Of a stretch of DNA of 64,000 nt, positions 23,735 through 36,544 are shown one piece after another (position 1 is the first letter of the stretch; every line of letters begins with the position of its first letter). The stretch is taken from positions 75,518,001 through 75,582,000 of the forward strand of contig NC_086097.1 of NCBI RefSeq assembly GCF_963921235.1. The letters run 5' to 3'. The translations under genes and the position numbers were made by a program. The notes beneath the pieces were generated by a model. That model searched no databases. It was given only the letters and a program-made list of their open reading frames with translations, and was not told the DNA's origin. The DNA is from Mobula hypostoma. Its lineage: Eukaryota.

Positions 23735-25388
23735 GAGAGCAGGCTATTCTGGACTGGGTTTTGAGCAATGAGGAAGGGTTAATTAGCGATCTTGTCGTGA
23801 GAGGCCCCTTGGGTAAGAGTGACCATAATATGGTGGAATTCTTCATTAACATGGAGAGTGACGTAGTTAATTCAGAAACAAAGGTTCTGAACTTAAAGAG
23901 GGGTAACTTTGAAGGTATGAGACATGAATTAGCTAAGATAGACTGGCAAATGACACTTCAAGGATTGACGGTGGATATGCAATGGCAGGCATTTAAAGGT
24001 TGCATGGATGAACTACAACAATTGTTCATCCCAGTTTGGCAAAAGAATAAATCAAGGAAGGTAGTGCACCCGTGGCTGACAAGAGAAATTAGGGATAGTA
24101 TCAATTCCAAAGAAGTAGCATACAAATTAGCCAGAGAAAGTGGCTCACCTGAGGACTGGGAGAAATTCAGAGTTCAGCAGAGGAGGACAAAGGGCTTAAT
24201 TAGGAAGGGGAAAAAAGATTATGAGAGAAAACTGGCAGAGAACATAAAAACGGACTGTAAAAGCTTTTATAGATATGTAAAAAGGAAAAGACTGATAAAG
24301 ACAAATGTAGGTCCCCTGCAAACAGAAACAGGTGAATTGATTATGGGGAGCAAGGACATGGCAGACCAATTGAATAATTACTTTGGTTCTGTCTTCACTA
24401 AGGAGGACATAAATAATCTTCCAGAAATAGTAAGGGACAGAGGGTCCAGTGAGATGGAGGAACTGAGCGAAATACATGTTAGTAGGGAAGTGGTGTTAGG
24501 TAAATTGAAGGGATTGAAGGCAGATAAATCCCCAGGGCCAGATGGTCTGCATCCCAGAGTGCTTAAGGAAGTGGCCCAAGAAATAGTGGATGCATTAGTG
24601 ATAATTTTTCAAAACTCGTTAGATTCTGGACTAGTTCCTGAGGATTGGAGGGTGGCTAATGTAACCCCACTTTTTAAAAAAGGAGGGAGAGAGAAACCGG
24701 GGAATTATAGGCCGGTTAGCCTAACGTCGGTGGTGGGGAAACTGTTGGAGTCAGTTATCAAGGATGTGATAACAGCACATTTGGAAAGCGGTGAAATGAT
24801 CGGACAAAGTCAGCATGGATTTGTGAAAGGAAAATCATGTCTGACGAATCTCATAGAATTTTTTGAGGATGTAACTAGTAGAGTGGATAGGGGAGAACCA
24901 GTGGATGTGGTATATTTGGATTTTCAAAAGGCTTTTGACAAGGTCCCACATAGGAGATTAGTGTGCAAACTTAAAGCACACGGTATTGGGGGTAAGGTAT
25001 TGGTGTGGGTGGAACGTATAAGATCCTAAAGGGATTGGACAGGCTAGATGCAGGAAGATTGTTCCCGATGTTGGGGAGGTCTAGAACGAGGGGTCACAGT
25101 TTGAGGATAGAGGGGAAGCCTTTTAGGACCGAGGTTAGGAAAAACTTCTTCACACAGAGAGTGGTGAATCTGTGGAATTCTCTGCCACAGCAAACTGTTG
25201 AGGCCAGTTCATTAGCTATGTTTAAAAGGAAGTTAGATATGGCCCTTGTGGCTACAGGGGTCAGGGGGTATGGAGGGAAGGCTGGGTTCTGAGTTGGATG
25301 ATCAGCCATGATCATAATAAATGGCGGTGCAGGCTCGAAGGGCCGAATGGCCTACTCCTGCACCTATTTTCTATGTTTCTATGTTTCT
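23735..25388 (+). mobile_element. Young CR1 LINE, 5'-truncated with an internal deletion, inserted in the Gypsy LTR
   Basis: Stop-free ORF 23761-25029 (GKSDHN, SPGPDGLHPRVL, NYRPVSLTS, YLDFQKAFDKVPH) joined at about 25012 to the ORF2 C-terminus. Tail (ctatgttt)n; 4-bp TSD aata. Confidence 0.95.
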
Positions 25389-25540
25389 AATATATTTAAA
25401 ATATTACTCAAATAGTACCAAAATATTGAAATTGAATGCACTACACTCCTCCCTGCTTAACTATAAACTCCAACTCAATATATATTGATTCTCAACTCAG
25501 CTATGTAGCATATTGCCCTCTAGTCATCTTATCATATGCA

Positions 25541-25655
25541 TGTTGCTGTTGTTGTTGAGTACGGTCGAGTCATCATCAACTCATGGTCACCCTATGGATA
25601 GTGTAGTTGTCCATAGGGTTATCTACCATAGAAATAGATTGCCAGGCCTTTCTTA
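25541..25655 (-). mobile_element. RTE/BovB-type 3' tail fragment
   Basis: (gtt)n tail followed by gagtacggtcgagtc..actcatgg..accctatgga/tccatagggt hairpin. Confidence 0.6.
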
Positions 25656-27049
25656 TATAAAATAGACATCCACAGCATAGTAAATGTTAAATTGTCCCGT
25701 TCAAGTGTAAAGATAACATCTTTTCTGAGAAGGAGGAGTTACTCTGCTTGGCAGGTGAGACTTGTGGCTGTGAAACAATCTCATGTTCTGGGGCCTTCTC
25801 CATGGTGGTTGCAGGAGTCGACTCTGGGACTGCAGGTAGTTGTTCTGATAGCTCTGGACCCCTTTCTTCTCTAACTCTTGACTCTTCTCTCCTCAACTGA
25901 TTGATGCATCATCTCCGGATGATGTCAGATACTATTTCCACTGTGTAGGAGAGCGGTCCAGTTCTGTGCTTAATCTTTCCAAGTAACCACTTTTGATCAT
26001 CTCTATAGTCCCTTACCAGGACTGCTTGTCCAGGAGTGAAACAGCAAACCTCCTTGTTTGAGGAGCCCTCAATTTGTCTCAGCTGTATGTCCTGCATACT
26101 CCTTCTGAGATTAGGTTTGAGCAGATTCAAGCGTGATCGGGAACAGCATAGCTGGTGAGTTGGTGGTGCTGTGTGCTCCATTGCAACATGCTAGGAGGAA
26201 ATTGGCAAGCTTCTGATTCAGCGTCAGTGTAGTGTGTTCTGCTGACATTGCTCACAGTGTGTTCTTTAGTCTCTGGACAAACCTTTCCACCTAAGACATT
26301 TGTAGCTCGGTGGTACTGTGCGGACGTAATATGCCTTATTCCATTCATTTTCAGGAACAACTTAAACTGTTCTGCAACAAGCTATGGTCCGTTGTCACTG
26401 ACTAAGTGTTCTGAAGCTCCAGTCCTTGAGAAGAGGCTTCTCAACACATCAACAGTGTGTGAGGCTGTAGTGGATGCTATTGGGAACACTCCTGGCCACT
26501 TAGTAGTTGCATCCACTACTACCAAGACTTCCCTGGCAAAATCCACATGAACTACCTGCCAGGGCAATGCAAACCAATCCCAGGGATAGAGAGGCACTGC
26601 TCTTGGCATCTTCTAGATGTGCTGACATCCTGAACAGTGCATATCAAGCTGCTCAATCTGCTGACCTATCCCAGGTTACCAGACAAAGCTTCAAGCCAAC
26701 ACTTTCATTTTAACCACGCCTAGATGACCAGCATGTACTCTTTAGCTCTCAGCTTGGATGGTACAACAACTCTCAATCCCCACATAAGGCAACCTCCATC
26801 AAGTGCAAGTTCATTTCAGTGCTGTGTAATAGAGTCAGCTGAAAAAGAATTAAGAAAGTTACTCTATGATACCACAGCAGTGTTAAAGGATGGCATTACA
26901 AAGCTCAAATATATCAATGGTAAAATAGTGTTAATTGAAAATACTACACCCAGGTTTTACAAAGTCCTTCCTGTTCTTTATACCATCTGCAATAATGTAG
27001 CTGGTAAGCTAGACCGCATGGAGGCTAACAACTTCTTTCCAAGGTTGAG

Positions 27050-27234
27050 AGAAATTATACTGGAGAAAAGATAACTCCTGTGGGATTGACATTCATAACA
27101 GTGAAATACAACAACCAACAGGCCACATTGGCCCTGTATGTAGTAAAAACAGGAGGGCATACAAGGCCAATGTGGCCTGTTGGTTGTTGTATTTCACTGT
27201 TACAAATGTCAATCCTTTCTCCAGTATAATTTCT
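27050..27234. repeat. Inverted duplication (fold-back) of a Gypsy protease-region segment
   Basis: Arm 27050-27140 is the reverse complement of 27158-27234 apart from one indel of about 15 bp and a few mismatches. 17-nt loop. Confidence 0.9.
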
Positions 27235-28774
27235 TAGTTGGATATCCATAGGTTTCAATTCAGTACCTCTGAAATGACATTCAAATCATTTTGTGGAATG
27301 ACTGAAACAGCCAAGTAGTGTTCAAGTCCATTTTAATTAATTTGCCATTCACTTCTGGTGTAAATGATTTTGTTTGTCTATTGTTAGTTTTCACATTGTA
27401 AATCTCAAGGCTATGCAGTCGTGTGTCACTCTCATCATTATGAGATTTTCATCGGCAACGTGCAGATTAGTGATCCTTTTGAAATTGCAATTTGACCTTC
27501 TATCTTTTTCCCTTGTCTGTGGAGTCCAATTGTTTTTGGTTCTAAATGTTCTTGCGTATACTCACAATATCAACAAAGCTCATTTTGGCTGATTTGGTTG
27601 GAGCTGTAAAACTTCACTGCAAACTGCAAGCTTTTCCACCCATTGCATTCACTCAGCAGCACTGGCACTCGTTTTTCATCGGCTATTTTAGGTACTTCAA
27701 AATACTGCTCAATTCGTTCAATATACATCATCCAGTTATTCGTTGTGCAATCAAACTTGTCTAAATTTCTGATTTTTCTTTAATTTATCTATATTAGTAC
27801 CCCACACTCATTGATTATAAGCCCATGCCCATATTCTTTGCTTGTTATGTTAGTCCATTTCTGCCTTTCTTTTTAACTCGACCATCTCTCTCCTTCCAAA
27901 GAAAAACATGCTGCACTACAGCAGGTAGGTAGCCGTCTGGGGTTCCTTTTAAAACTCTCTCATCGCCACCGTTATGTTTTGTAACTCGAGAAACTAATTG
28001 AAAGGAAAACACGGGAGCTGAGATAATGATCTACTTAGGTTTTTTTGCCTTATTTTAGTGAGGTGCTCACATATGACGTGGTGGTGTAATGATGTATGTA
28101 TGCCATTCAGATACTTCTTACATGTAACCCATAATGAATTATGTAAGCAAACAAAGAATGCTTAATCAAACAATATATTTATAATATTACTCAAATATTA
28201 TTGAAATATTGAATGCCCTACAGTAACCTTACATACCATTCAAACAGTCTTACACTGAACTTTTACCACAATTGGTAAAACCAAACTAAAAGCTGACTTA
28301 AACTCTGTTTTAAGAAAAACAACTCCAGTCTTCAGTGGTGCAGTGGTACAGTGTAAATGGTCAGAGTGAATAAACTTGCATTCTTTTGGTATGATCATGG
28401 TTCAATAACTTTATTCACCCAGGACTTAAATGTACATTTTGATTATTATCTATGTACTTGCTAATTTGAACAGAATTCAATGAGTGAGGGTCATTAAGCG
28501 TCATTTTCTTTTGTCAGCAGAAGTTATTTTCATGAAGGGTTTGCTCATTCTCTTTCAAACAAGCCAAAAGCTGAAAGGTTAATGGAAATGGAAATGTTGT
28601 GCTGCTACTTCAAGAACTTTCATGATAAACTAATAACAAGATGAGTGGTGGAGGCAACATTGATTGAGAACCAGGTGGAAATCACAGATCATGCTATGCT
28701 TGATCCTGCCCATCTTTAAAGGAATGCTGTTGAAAGATCTTTGTAAATGTTATGCAGTAAAGGAGTTTGAGAAT

Positions 28775-28910
28775 GAAAGATTATGCAATGCCTTCCATAT
28801 ACTTGAGACATCTCACAGTGCTTTACAGCCAGTGAGGTATGTTCAGAGTTCAGCTGGGAACATTGATCCAATTTGCACACTGCATAGTTCCCTCAAAATC
28901 AGATAATCTG
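28775..28910 (-). mobile_element. DeuSINE (SacSINE1-like) 3' fragment
   Basis: gacatctcacagtgctttacagccagtgaggta..ccaatttgcacactgca matches the reverse complement of the 3' end of 44446-44876. Confidence 0.6.
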
Positions 28911-28939
28911 CTATGTTTTAAAATATTCAGTTAAAGTGG

Positions 28940-30330
28940 GATATCAGGAGGGAAAAGAGAGAATATGAGATGGCTCTGGCAAGTAAGGTTAAGGTTAAGA
29001 AGTTCTTTAGCTATATTAGAGTGGGCACATGGCCAAGTGGTTAAGGCATTAGACTAGCGACCTGAAGGTCGTGAGTTTGAGCCCCAACCAAGACAACGTG
29101 TTGTGTCCTTGAGCAAGGCACTTAATCACACAGTGCTCTGCGACGACACTGGTGCCACACTGTATGGGTCCTAATGCCCTTCCCTTGCACAACATTGGTG
29201 AAATGGAGAGGGGAGACTTGCAGCATGGGCAACTGCTGGTCTTCCATACAACCTTGCCCAGGCCTGTGCCCTGGAGAGTGAAGACTTTCCAGGCGCAGAT
29301 CTATGGTCTCGCAAGACTAATGGATGCCTTAGCTATATTAGAATGGAAGGTAGTTAGGGTGAGAGTAGGTCTCCTTAGTGATTAGCAAGGCTGCCTATGT
29401 CTTAAACTGCTGCAGATAGCTGGTATTTTCAATGAATTTTTCTCCTCAGAACTTAGAGGTGCTGTTGATAGTGAAGAAGGTTATTGTAGATAACAAGGGG
29501 ATCTTGATCAGTTAGGAAAGTGGGCTGAGGATTGACAAATGGATTTCAATAAAGATATGTGTGAAGTGATGCATTTTGGAAAGTCGGACACAGTGAAGGC
29601 CTTACACTATGAATGGCAGGGCACAAGGGATTAACTAGTATAATGGAACAGAAGGACCAAGGAGTACAAGTTAAAAGTGATATCACAGGTGCATACGATG
29701 GTAAAAATGGCATTTAGAACACTGGCCTTCACCAGCCAGGCACTGAGTACAGGAGATAGAAATTACGTTACAGTTTTGTAAGTCATTGGTGACACCACAC
29801 TTGGAATACTGTGTATAGCTTTTGAAGTCCTATCATAGAAAAGGCATGGTTAAACTGCAAAGAATCCAGCAAAGATTTATGAGGATGTTGCCAGGACTAG
29901 AGGGCCTGACTTATAGGGCAACATTGGCTAGTCTAAGTCTTTATTCCTTGGAATGTAGGAGGACGAGGGGCAACCTCATGAAATGTTTAAAGTTAGGAGA
30001 GGCATATATAAGGTGGATGGTAACAGTCTTTTCCCCAGGGTAGGGAAGTCCAGAACTAATGAGCATAGGTTTAAGGTCATAGGGAAATTAATTAAAAGTG
30101 ACCTGAGGGGAGACTTTTTCACACAGAGAGTGGTGAGAAAATGGAATGATCTGTTGCAGGAAATAATTGAGGCAGGTACAATACTACCATTTAAGAAGCA
30201 CTTGGATAGGTGTATGTAGGGGAAGGCTTGGAGGGATATGAGCTGAATGCAGGAAATTAGGACTAGCTAGGTTGGCACCATGGTCAGCATCGACTAGATG
30301 GGCTGAAAGGCATGCTATGTTACACTGTGA
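28940..30330 (+). mobile_element. CR1 ORF2 fragments and 3' end (with a nested SINE)
   Basis: IQQRFMRMLPGLEGLTY, FFTQRVVRKWNDL and a CR1 tail. Confidence 0.85.
29021..29328 (+). mobile_element. tRNA-derived SINE, family A
   Basis: Same family as 15343-15639. 14-bp TSD ttagctatattaga (29007-29020, 29329-29342). Confidence 0.92.
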
Positions 30331-32139
30331 CTCTACCAGTACAACTAATGCCTGGGAGCTCTTGATGTTCACTCTATGTTTATTGAAGTCATGTTTTCAT
30401 TCTGGATCTAGCATAAAATGCTTTGAATTTATTACCCTATCCATACTTAAACAAAGTTCCCCGATTCTCAAATCAATCAGAGGGGAGGAGGAATCGGGGT
30501 TTTTTTTTCGTTTAATTGTATTTTCAATATGATTGTGGTGCAGGTTCATATAATGACTCTGTTTTACAACATTATTTTTGAAACACTAACCACGAAGACC
30601 CTTTTTACTGAGAATGAATGCTAAAAGCCACAGTTTCCTCACAGTGAAGTTTTTGCCTCGGACCTGCCCTTAGCATATAATAAGCTTAGGGAACTAGAAT
30701 GTGAGAAATGCATGACATAATGTCTCTTTGGTTTGCAAGAACTGCAGATATGAGTCAGTAATTACTTAAATGTAAAAGAGGAAGCTTGCTTTTTTAAGTA
30801 ATTTAGGTACACATGCTGGAAGCAAAGATTTTTTTAAAAACTGCCATGATCCTGTTCTTCTGTGTTAAAACAGGCACACACACAGAAAGCTAAGAAATGC
30901 GTTGTGCTTGAAGAGTGTTAAAGATGATCGTATGTTGCAGGATGATTAGTTACACCTAACTCAGTCCAATTTAGTTCTTAACAATTATTTGTGCAGAAGT
31001 GATTCTTCTCCACAAGGCTAAAAGAGAATTTTTACCTCTGTTCTTTTAGCAGAAACTTAGTGGGGTGTTCTAACTTACTTGCCATATCCTGCACTGATCC
31101 TATTCTCGTTGCCCTAATCTTATGCAGGTAAAAGATAAAGGAGGGTGCTTAATCGTAAATGATTGTGAAGCCACTCCAAATGTTGACTGTTTCAACAGTA
31201 TCTTTTGTCAGAAGAAATTAATCCTTGAGACCCCTTTTACAGAGCAGGCACCAAAGTGATGCTCACCTGAACTAAGTGGGAACCTGAATTATAAAAGTAG
31301 GCCTAATTACACTAAAGGGCCTTGCCCACAATTTTAACCATGGCCTGAACAGAGGGGCTTTTCTTGCCTTCCTACTAGGCATAGGCATGGATCAAATGTG
31401 ATCTAGATAATCTGTTTTTTTAACAATCCTAATGATACCCACTGGACAATACCTGAGAGTTGAAGTCTTCTCTGAGTTGGCCTTCAATTGTGGTCTAAGT
31501 TCAAGATTCTCCAGAAAAACTCATTCTTCATCTTTTCTGGAGATACCTTCCTCTGATATTTTCTACCATTTGAAATTTTAGTCCTGCCCATCATTTCAGG
31601 CAGAAACAGATTAGAAGTAGTCATGAGAATTGACCAAGGTTCTCACTTATACTACCAGGGGTTTGATGTCCATCGGGTCTTTAGCTAAAGTTGGGGCTTA
31701 AGACACACTATACATTTCTGGTTCTGCTATCATACAGCCAGTTGTCAGCCATAATACTATTTAAAAATAGTACATGTTTGGTGATTTGATGTGTTAAAAG
31801 GGCAGAAATGGTATGGAGAGAGGGAAGTGGACATTCAGGTTCTAATGCCTGCCATCTTCAAAATCACTCACGAAAGCACTCCTGGTGGAAGACTGGCACA
31901 GTGCAGGAATTGAGAAACTGGAGTCAGTGTCTAAAAATAAGGTCCTGCATATTTAAGACAGAGATGAAGAGTTTTTTTTAATTCCCCTATCTGTGTATCA
32001 GAAGTCTATGGAACTCTCTTCCTCTTAGGGTCATGGAAGTAGAGACTTCGAATATTTTTAAGGTGGACATAGGTAAGTTCTTGATAAACATGAGACAGAA
32101 AGGTTACCAGGGTAGGTGGGAACATGTGATTGAGATTTC

Positions 32140-33460
32140 AGTGGCCTCCCAGTACTCCCAGTTGCAGGCCATTTCAACTGCTCTTCCCATTCCTTCTCCC
32201 ACCTGTCTGAAATTGGTCTGTTCCACTGTCTGAGCGAGGCTAAACACAAACTTGAAAAACAATATCTCATATTCCATCCAGGTAGTCTACAATCCAGTGC
32301 CACAAACACTGACTTTCCAACCTCAGGTGACCTATATTCCCTGTGTCTCACTCTCCCCCATCCCCCACAAACCTGGATCCACTAGGTGCCTCTCACCCTC
32401 TTATTTTGAATTCCCCAACTCCCAATCCACATAGCACAATTTTTTTCACACCTCTGACTCACACTTTTACCACAGGGCTTCCTGTCCTCTCCCACATGTG
32501 GTTCCAACTGGACACCAGCCCTCTCCCATCTAGTTCCACTTATGCCTTCCTTTTTTAATTGGAATCTAGCATTTGCATTTCTTATGCCTCCACCTATCAC
32601 TCTCCAGCCTCTCTCTCTCTCTAACTTCACTCTCCTCTTCCCCCGCCTGGTTCCTGTCTGTTTTCACCTAAAAACCCCCAGCCGCTGTTTCCCCTCTTTA
32701 CCTCTCCCACCAAGCCCAATCTCCATTCCTCACTCCACCAAACTCCACCTTTCACCTATCAGCCTTTGCCTCACCCTTTCCCCTCTCCCCTTCATATTGG
32801 CTATCCTCCCTCGACAATCTAAAGGCTGATTTATACTTCTGCGTCAAATTGGTGCCGTAGGTACGGCGTAGCTGTAAACCCTATGCAGATCCCTACGCCG
32901 TAGCCTGACGCGCACCTCTTCCAAAATGTAACTACACGTTGCGGCAACGCAGACCACAACAACTGTGATTGGTCGGCTTGGTAGCATCGCATTTCCTCCT
33001 ACGCTGCAGTAGCTTCCCATTGTGCGACTGAAGGGCAGCGAAGGAACTCTGGCCGCAATGCTTTCCATAAAGCTTTACAGACCTCCGAAATTATGGAGGA
33101 CACATTTTGCATTTACGAAAAAAGACACTCGCTTTAAACTTGGTTACCCTGGGAAAGACTACCATGACCATGAAGCCTTGCACTGGCAGGTGTGTGCGCA
33201 TGCATGTATGTGCCCGAATCGCAGAGTGACGCAGACACACCAACGTACAAGTATAAATGCTCACAATGGCGCAGCCCACTTGCGTAGGCTACGGCGTAAA
33301 CTGGTACGCACAAGTATAAATTAGCCTTAAGTCCTACTGCAGGTTCTTGATCTAGACATCCACCATTCCCTTCCTTCCCAAGATATCACCTGACTCACTG
33401 ACCTCCTCCCGCACTTTGTTTTATGCCCCAGCTCCCAGCATCTCCAGTCTCGTGTCTCCT
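32140..33460 (+). mobile_element. Penelope-like element 3' end (GIY-YIG C-terminus plus pLTR)
   Basis: PVAGHFNCSSHSFSHLSEIGLFHCLSEAKHKLEKQYLIFHPGSLQ, then a pyrimidine-rich UTR and a degraded pLTR at 33331-33460. Confidence 0.8.
32823..33327. mobile_element. PIF/Harbinger-type MITE (505 bp)
   Basis: TIRs aggctgatttatacttctgcgt / acgcacaagtataaattagcct. 3-bp TSD TAA (32820-32822, 33328-33330). CpG-rich interior. Confidence 0.85.
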
Positions 33461-35889
33461 GAATTTCCAACTAGATCAACCATAATCTTAATGAACAGTA
33501 GAGCAGATTCAAGAGAACGTGGAGCCTATTTCTATTCCTCATTTGTATTTTGTAATTCTGCTCTGAACTAACCTCTTACAGTATTTTCTGAAAAAGTCAT
33601 CCACAACAAATTCGCTCATAAATGGCGATAGTCTATGAGCATTTGACTCAAAGAGCACTAGCTGTGAACCAGATTCAAACAAAGGAATACTTTTATCATG
33701 AAAACGGATACACTTATGGAAGATTAAACAAACAAACTCATGACAGGAAAAAGAATAGAGATGATGCCAGTATACTAGTTGGCCTGGTTTCCTGTTTCTG
33801 TATTGTACATTGTGCGTAATTCTATAAAAATCTGAGTGAGCTAACCTCACCTACAGCAAAGGGAAAATTCTCCTAACTTGGGGAAGGACAAATAGCCGGG
33901 GAATTCCTGCAGTGCATTGGAAATTGAGTGAATGCCTGTTCAGAGTAGGATGTGGCTGGCTGCCAAACACACTTAGTGTTCCATCATTTAACCTGAATAC
34001 CAAAGTTTTTCAATGCTCAGTGAGTCATGTCCTAGCAGGTGATGGAATTGCCAATAAAAACGACAACCAAAGGGAAAAAAGTCCCTGAAGCATAATAACT
34101 TGCAATACACCTTATTACACCCTCTGGCCAAAGCATGATGACTGTGAAATACACTCTGATTGGATGTCAGCTTTGAGGTGGAAAGAAGGGAGGAGAAGGG
34201 AGACAGTAAAGGATAAGAAGCACAGTGTATCAGCAACAATCAGCAAGATTATATTCTTAGTATTGAACTGTATTTTGTATGAACAAACTAAGATAATGGC
34301 ATTGAAACATCAATAACAGTTTTCACCAGATTAAAAAACAGAAATGCTAGCTTAATATCTACATTGAAATGAGATGGTCTATAGTTCCCTATTGCTTTAG
34401 CATACCACCTCATAGTCGCACAAGTCAGCATTAGAATTTGTCAGCCTGATGTTCTGCGTATAAAACAGCAGCTTATGACAGAGATCTCATCCATTGCAAC
34501 CAAAGGAGTGGTGCTTCAATATCTCTGCATCTAAAATGAGTGGAAGACCAACTTCTGAAGCTAATCTGTACTCCTACAATTTAAACGAGTAAGTTATAAA
34601 TTCCATCAGAATTTTAAACAGGAAAACACAACCAATACTTAAGAGCAATTATGACAACCCCATTAATAAAATCTGGAATTTACAGTTTTTTGTTTAGAGC
34701 CTTTGAAACTATTTGTCTATTGACGTTTTAAAATTAGACTATCAAAAGGGATAGTTACTGTTAATAAGGAACAGTAATTGGAAGGGAGTCAGACATAGTC
34801 TCATTCTAAGTTGATCTGTTTTATTTTCTCCTTATGACCCAAAGGCATGAATCATGTCTTTATAAGAGCATTGAGATTAAAAAAAAAGGAAGCAGCTAGC
34901 AAAAAGCAGCCAGGGAAATGGTTTTAGAAACATGCAAGCCTTTTATTTTTTTTTTCTCTTTCTGTTCTGTTTTCTTCCATGCTGAACAGTGTGGCTACTC
35001 CAGGCAAGAGTAACAAAAACTAACAAAAGTGGGTATGTTCGTACCAACATAAATAATTATTCACATTGACCACTGTTTCAAATATTATCACACAATGGTT
35101 TTTGATGTTAAAAGTTTCTCTTAATTGCTAAGTTTGTAATATCCTGAAAATGCAATTTGGGGAAGAGAAGGCAGATAATTTTCACTTTCCCCAACAAGTT
35201 GCTATTCTCTCCCATATGACTGTGAACATGCTTGCAACATTCATCCAGCTGGAACAAACTGCTGGAGAAGGGAAGCAGCATATTTAACAAACTGGGTTTC
35301 TCCTCCACCCCAGTAACTGTGAGACTGGAAAATGTTTGATCATGCACAGCAAGATAGTAACACAATGCAGTCAGACAACCGTGATATAGTCAACATCCAT
35401 ATTTACTGTGAGTAACCAATCTGCTGCCCAGGTATTTCTGCAGACAAAGAAACATCCAACAGGACAGGAAGATTTAGATATGCAATAAATTGGAAAGAAG
35501 TAGAAGTGTGAAAAAAATTGAGGGAAGGAATAGAAAATGTAAGGAACTAAAGGGGTAATGTTGCAAAGAAATGGTGTTAAAGCAGAAGTGAAAGAAAATA
35601 TCGCTCCAGAAATAACATTTACTATTTGTTGAGTGAAAAATGCTTCCAAGTGAGAGTTAGCATACTTCCAAATTATTGTCATTAAGTTGAATTCTATCCT
35701 TAAATATTTCTCAAATTTTCCCTAATATTTCCCTGTGCTCGGTTTTCTATTAGAGAAGCATTGAAGGATAGAATTCAACTTGATGATGATAATTTGGAAA
35801 AATGCTAAGTCTTGCTTGCAAGTACTCTTTACCCAACAAATAATATGTTTTTTTTCTGGTGCCATCTTTCTATTTAAGAAATGCAGGAC

Positions 35890-36280
35890 ATAAAAAAAAA
35901 GAAACGGAAGTGGCCATTTGGCTCCGACTGTCTGCTCTGCTTTCAGTACGATAATGCTGATCTTTAAAATTTCAGAGCCCCTTTCCAACATGAGCCCCAT
36001 AAACCCTTTATTATCTGAGCATCAGAAAACCCATTGATTCCAGTCTTGACTATACCCAGAATTTAACCTCCACTGCCCTGTTGGGGTAGAGAATTCCAAA
36101 GATCCATTGCTCTCAGAGGGAAGTAATTTCTACTCTTCTGTATCCAGAATCTCTAACCCCTTATTTTCAGATGTTCTCCTATTGTTCTGGATACTCCCAA
36201 ATTGGGGAAGTACCACCTCAGCTATAATCCCATCTAAACCTGTATAACCTCTGCATATTTCAGTGAGATTACCTCTCATT
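35890..36280 (-). mobile_element. Old CR1 3' tail
   Basis: ggaagtggccatttggctcc and gagaattccaaagatccattgctctcagaggg match the reverse complement of a CR1 3' end. Confidence 0.7.
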
Positions 36281-36544
36281 GAGGGCACTGGACAAGTCAC
36301 TTCCAGCATGGCAAACAAATGCAGTGATTAAAATGATCCATTAAAATGTTGAGAAGATGCATTACTCTGATGAATTCTTTAAATCCTCTTCATTATTTAA
36401 TGCTGAATTTGAAGTAAACATTTTAATCTAACTATGCTTTTTGAAATATGGAAATAACTTACATTTTAAATGATTTAAAACAAAAAAGTGAATGCCGGAT
36501 CTGGCTGTCTAATCTTGCTGTGCTCTTCCAAATCATTATGGTCC

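Larger units (their letters stand above)
23543..28222 (-). mobile_element. Gypsy LTR retrotransposon 2, internally deleted and rearranged
   Basis: 5-bp TSD gtaac (23538-23542, 28223-28227). LTRs at 23543-25445 (split by CR1) and 27970-28222. PBS tggcgatgag (27959-27968); PPT complement ctcctccctgctt (25446-25458). Integrase PWQVVHVDFA..VVVDATTKWP..LVSDNGP and GPLSY motifs. Confidence 0.93.
31910..33550 (+). mobile_element. Old CR1 3' end split by a Penelope insertion
   Basis: MEVETSNIFKVDIGKFL up to about 32140. The tail resumes at about 33470 (gatcaaccataatcttaatgaacagtagagcag). Confidence 0.65.

Noticed and set aside
23761..25029. 422-aa ORF as a functional or domesticated gene
   Set aside because: It is a 5'-truncated, internally deleted CR1 ORF2 lacking the RT catalytic motif; youth explains the open frame.
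29021..29095. tRNA genes at SINE heads (also 15570-15639, 39885-39960)
   Set aside because: A/B boxes continue into SINE bodies with TSDs, and there is no complete cloverleaf.
32340..32830. Pro/Ser/Leu-rich ORFs (also 8500-8703, 45148-45498)
   Set aside because: By-products of the pyrimidine-rich Penelope 3'UTRs.
32844..33324. CpG-rich stretch as a CpG-island promoter
   Set aside because: Fully contained within the TIR/TSD-bounded Harbinger MITE.
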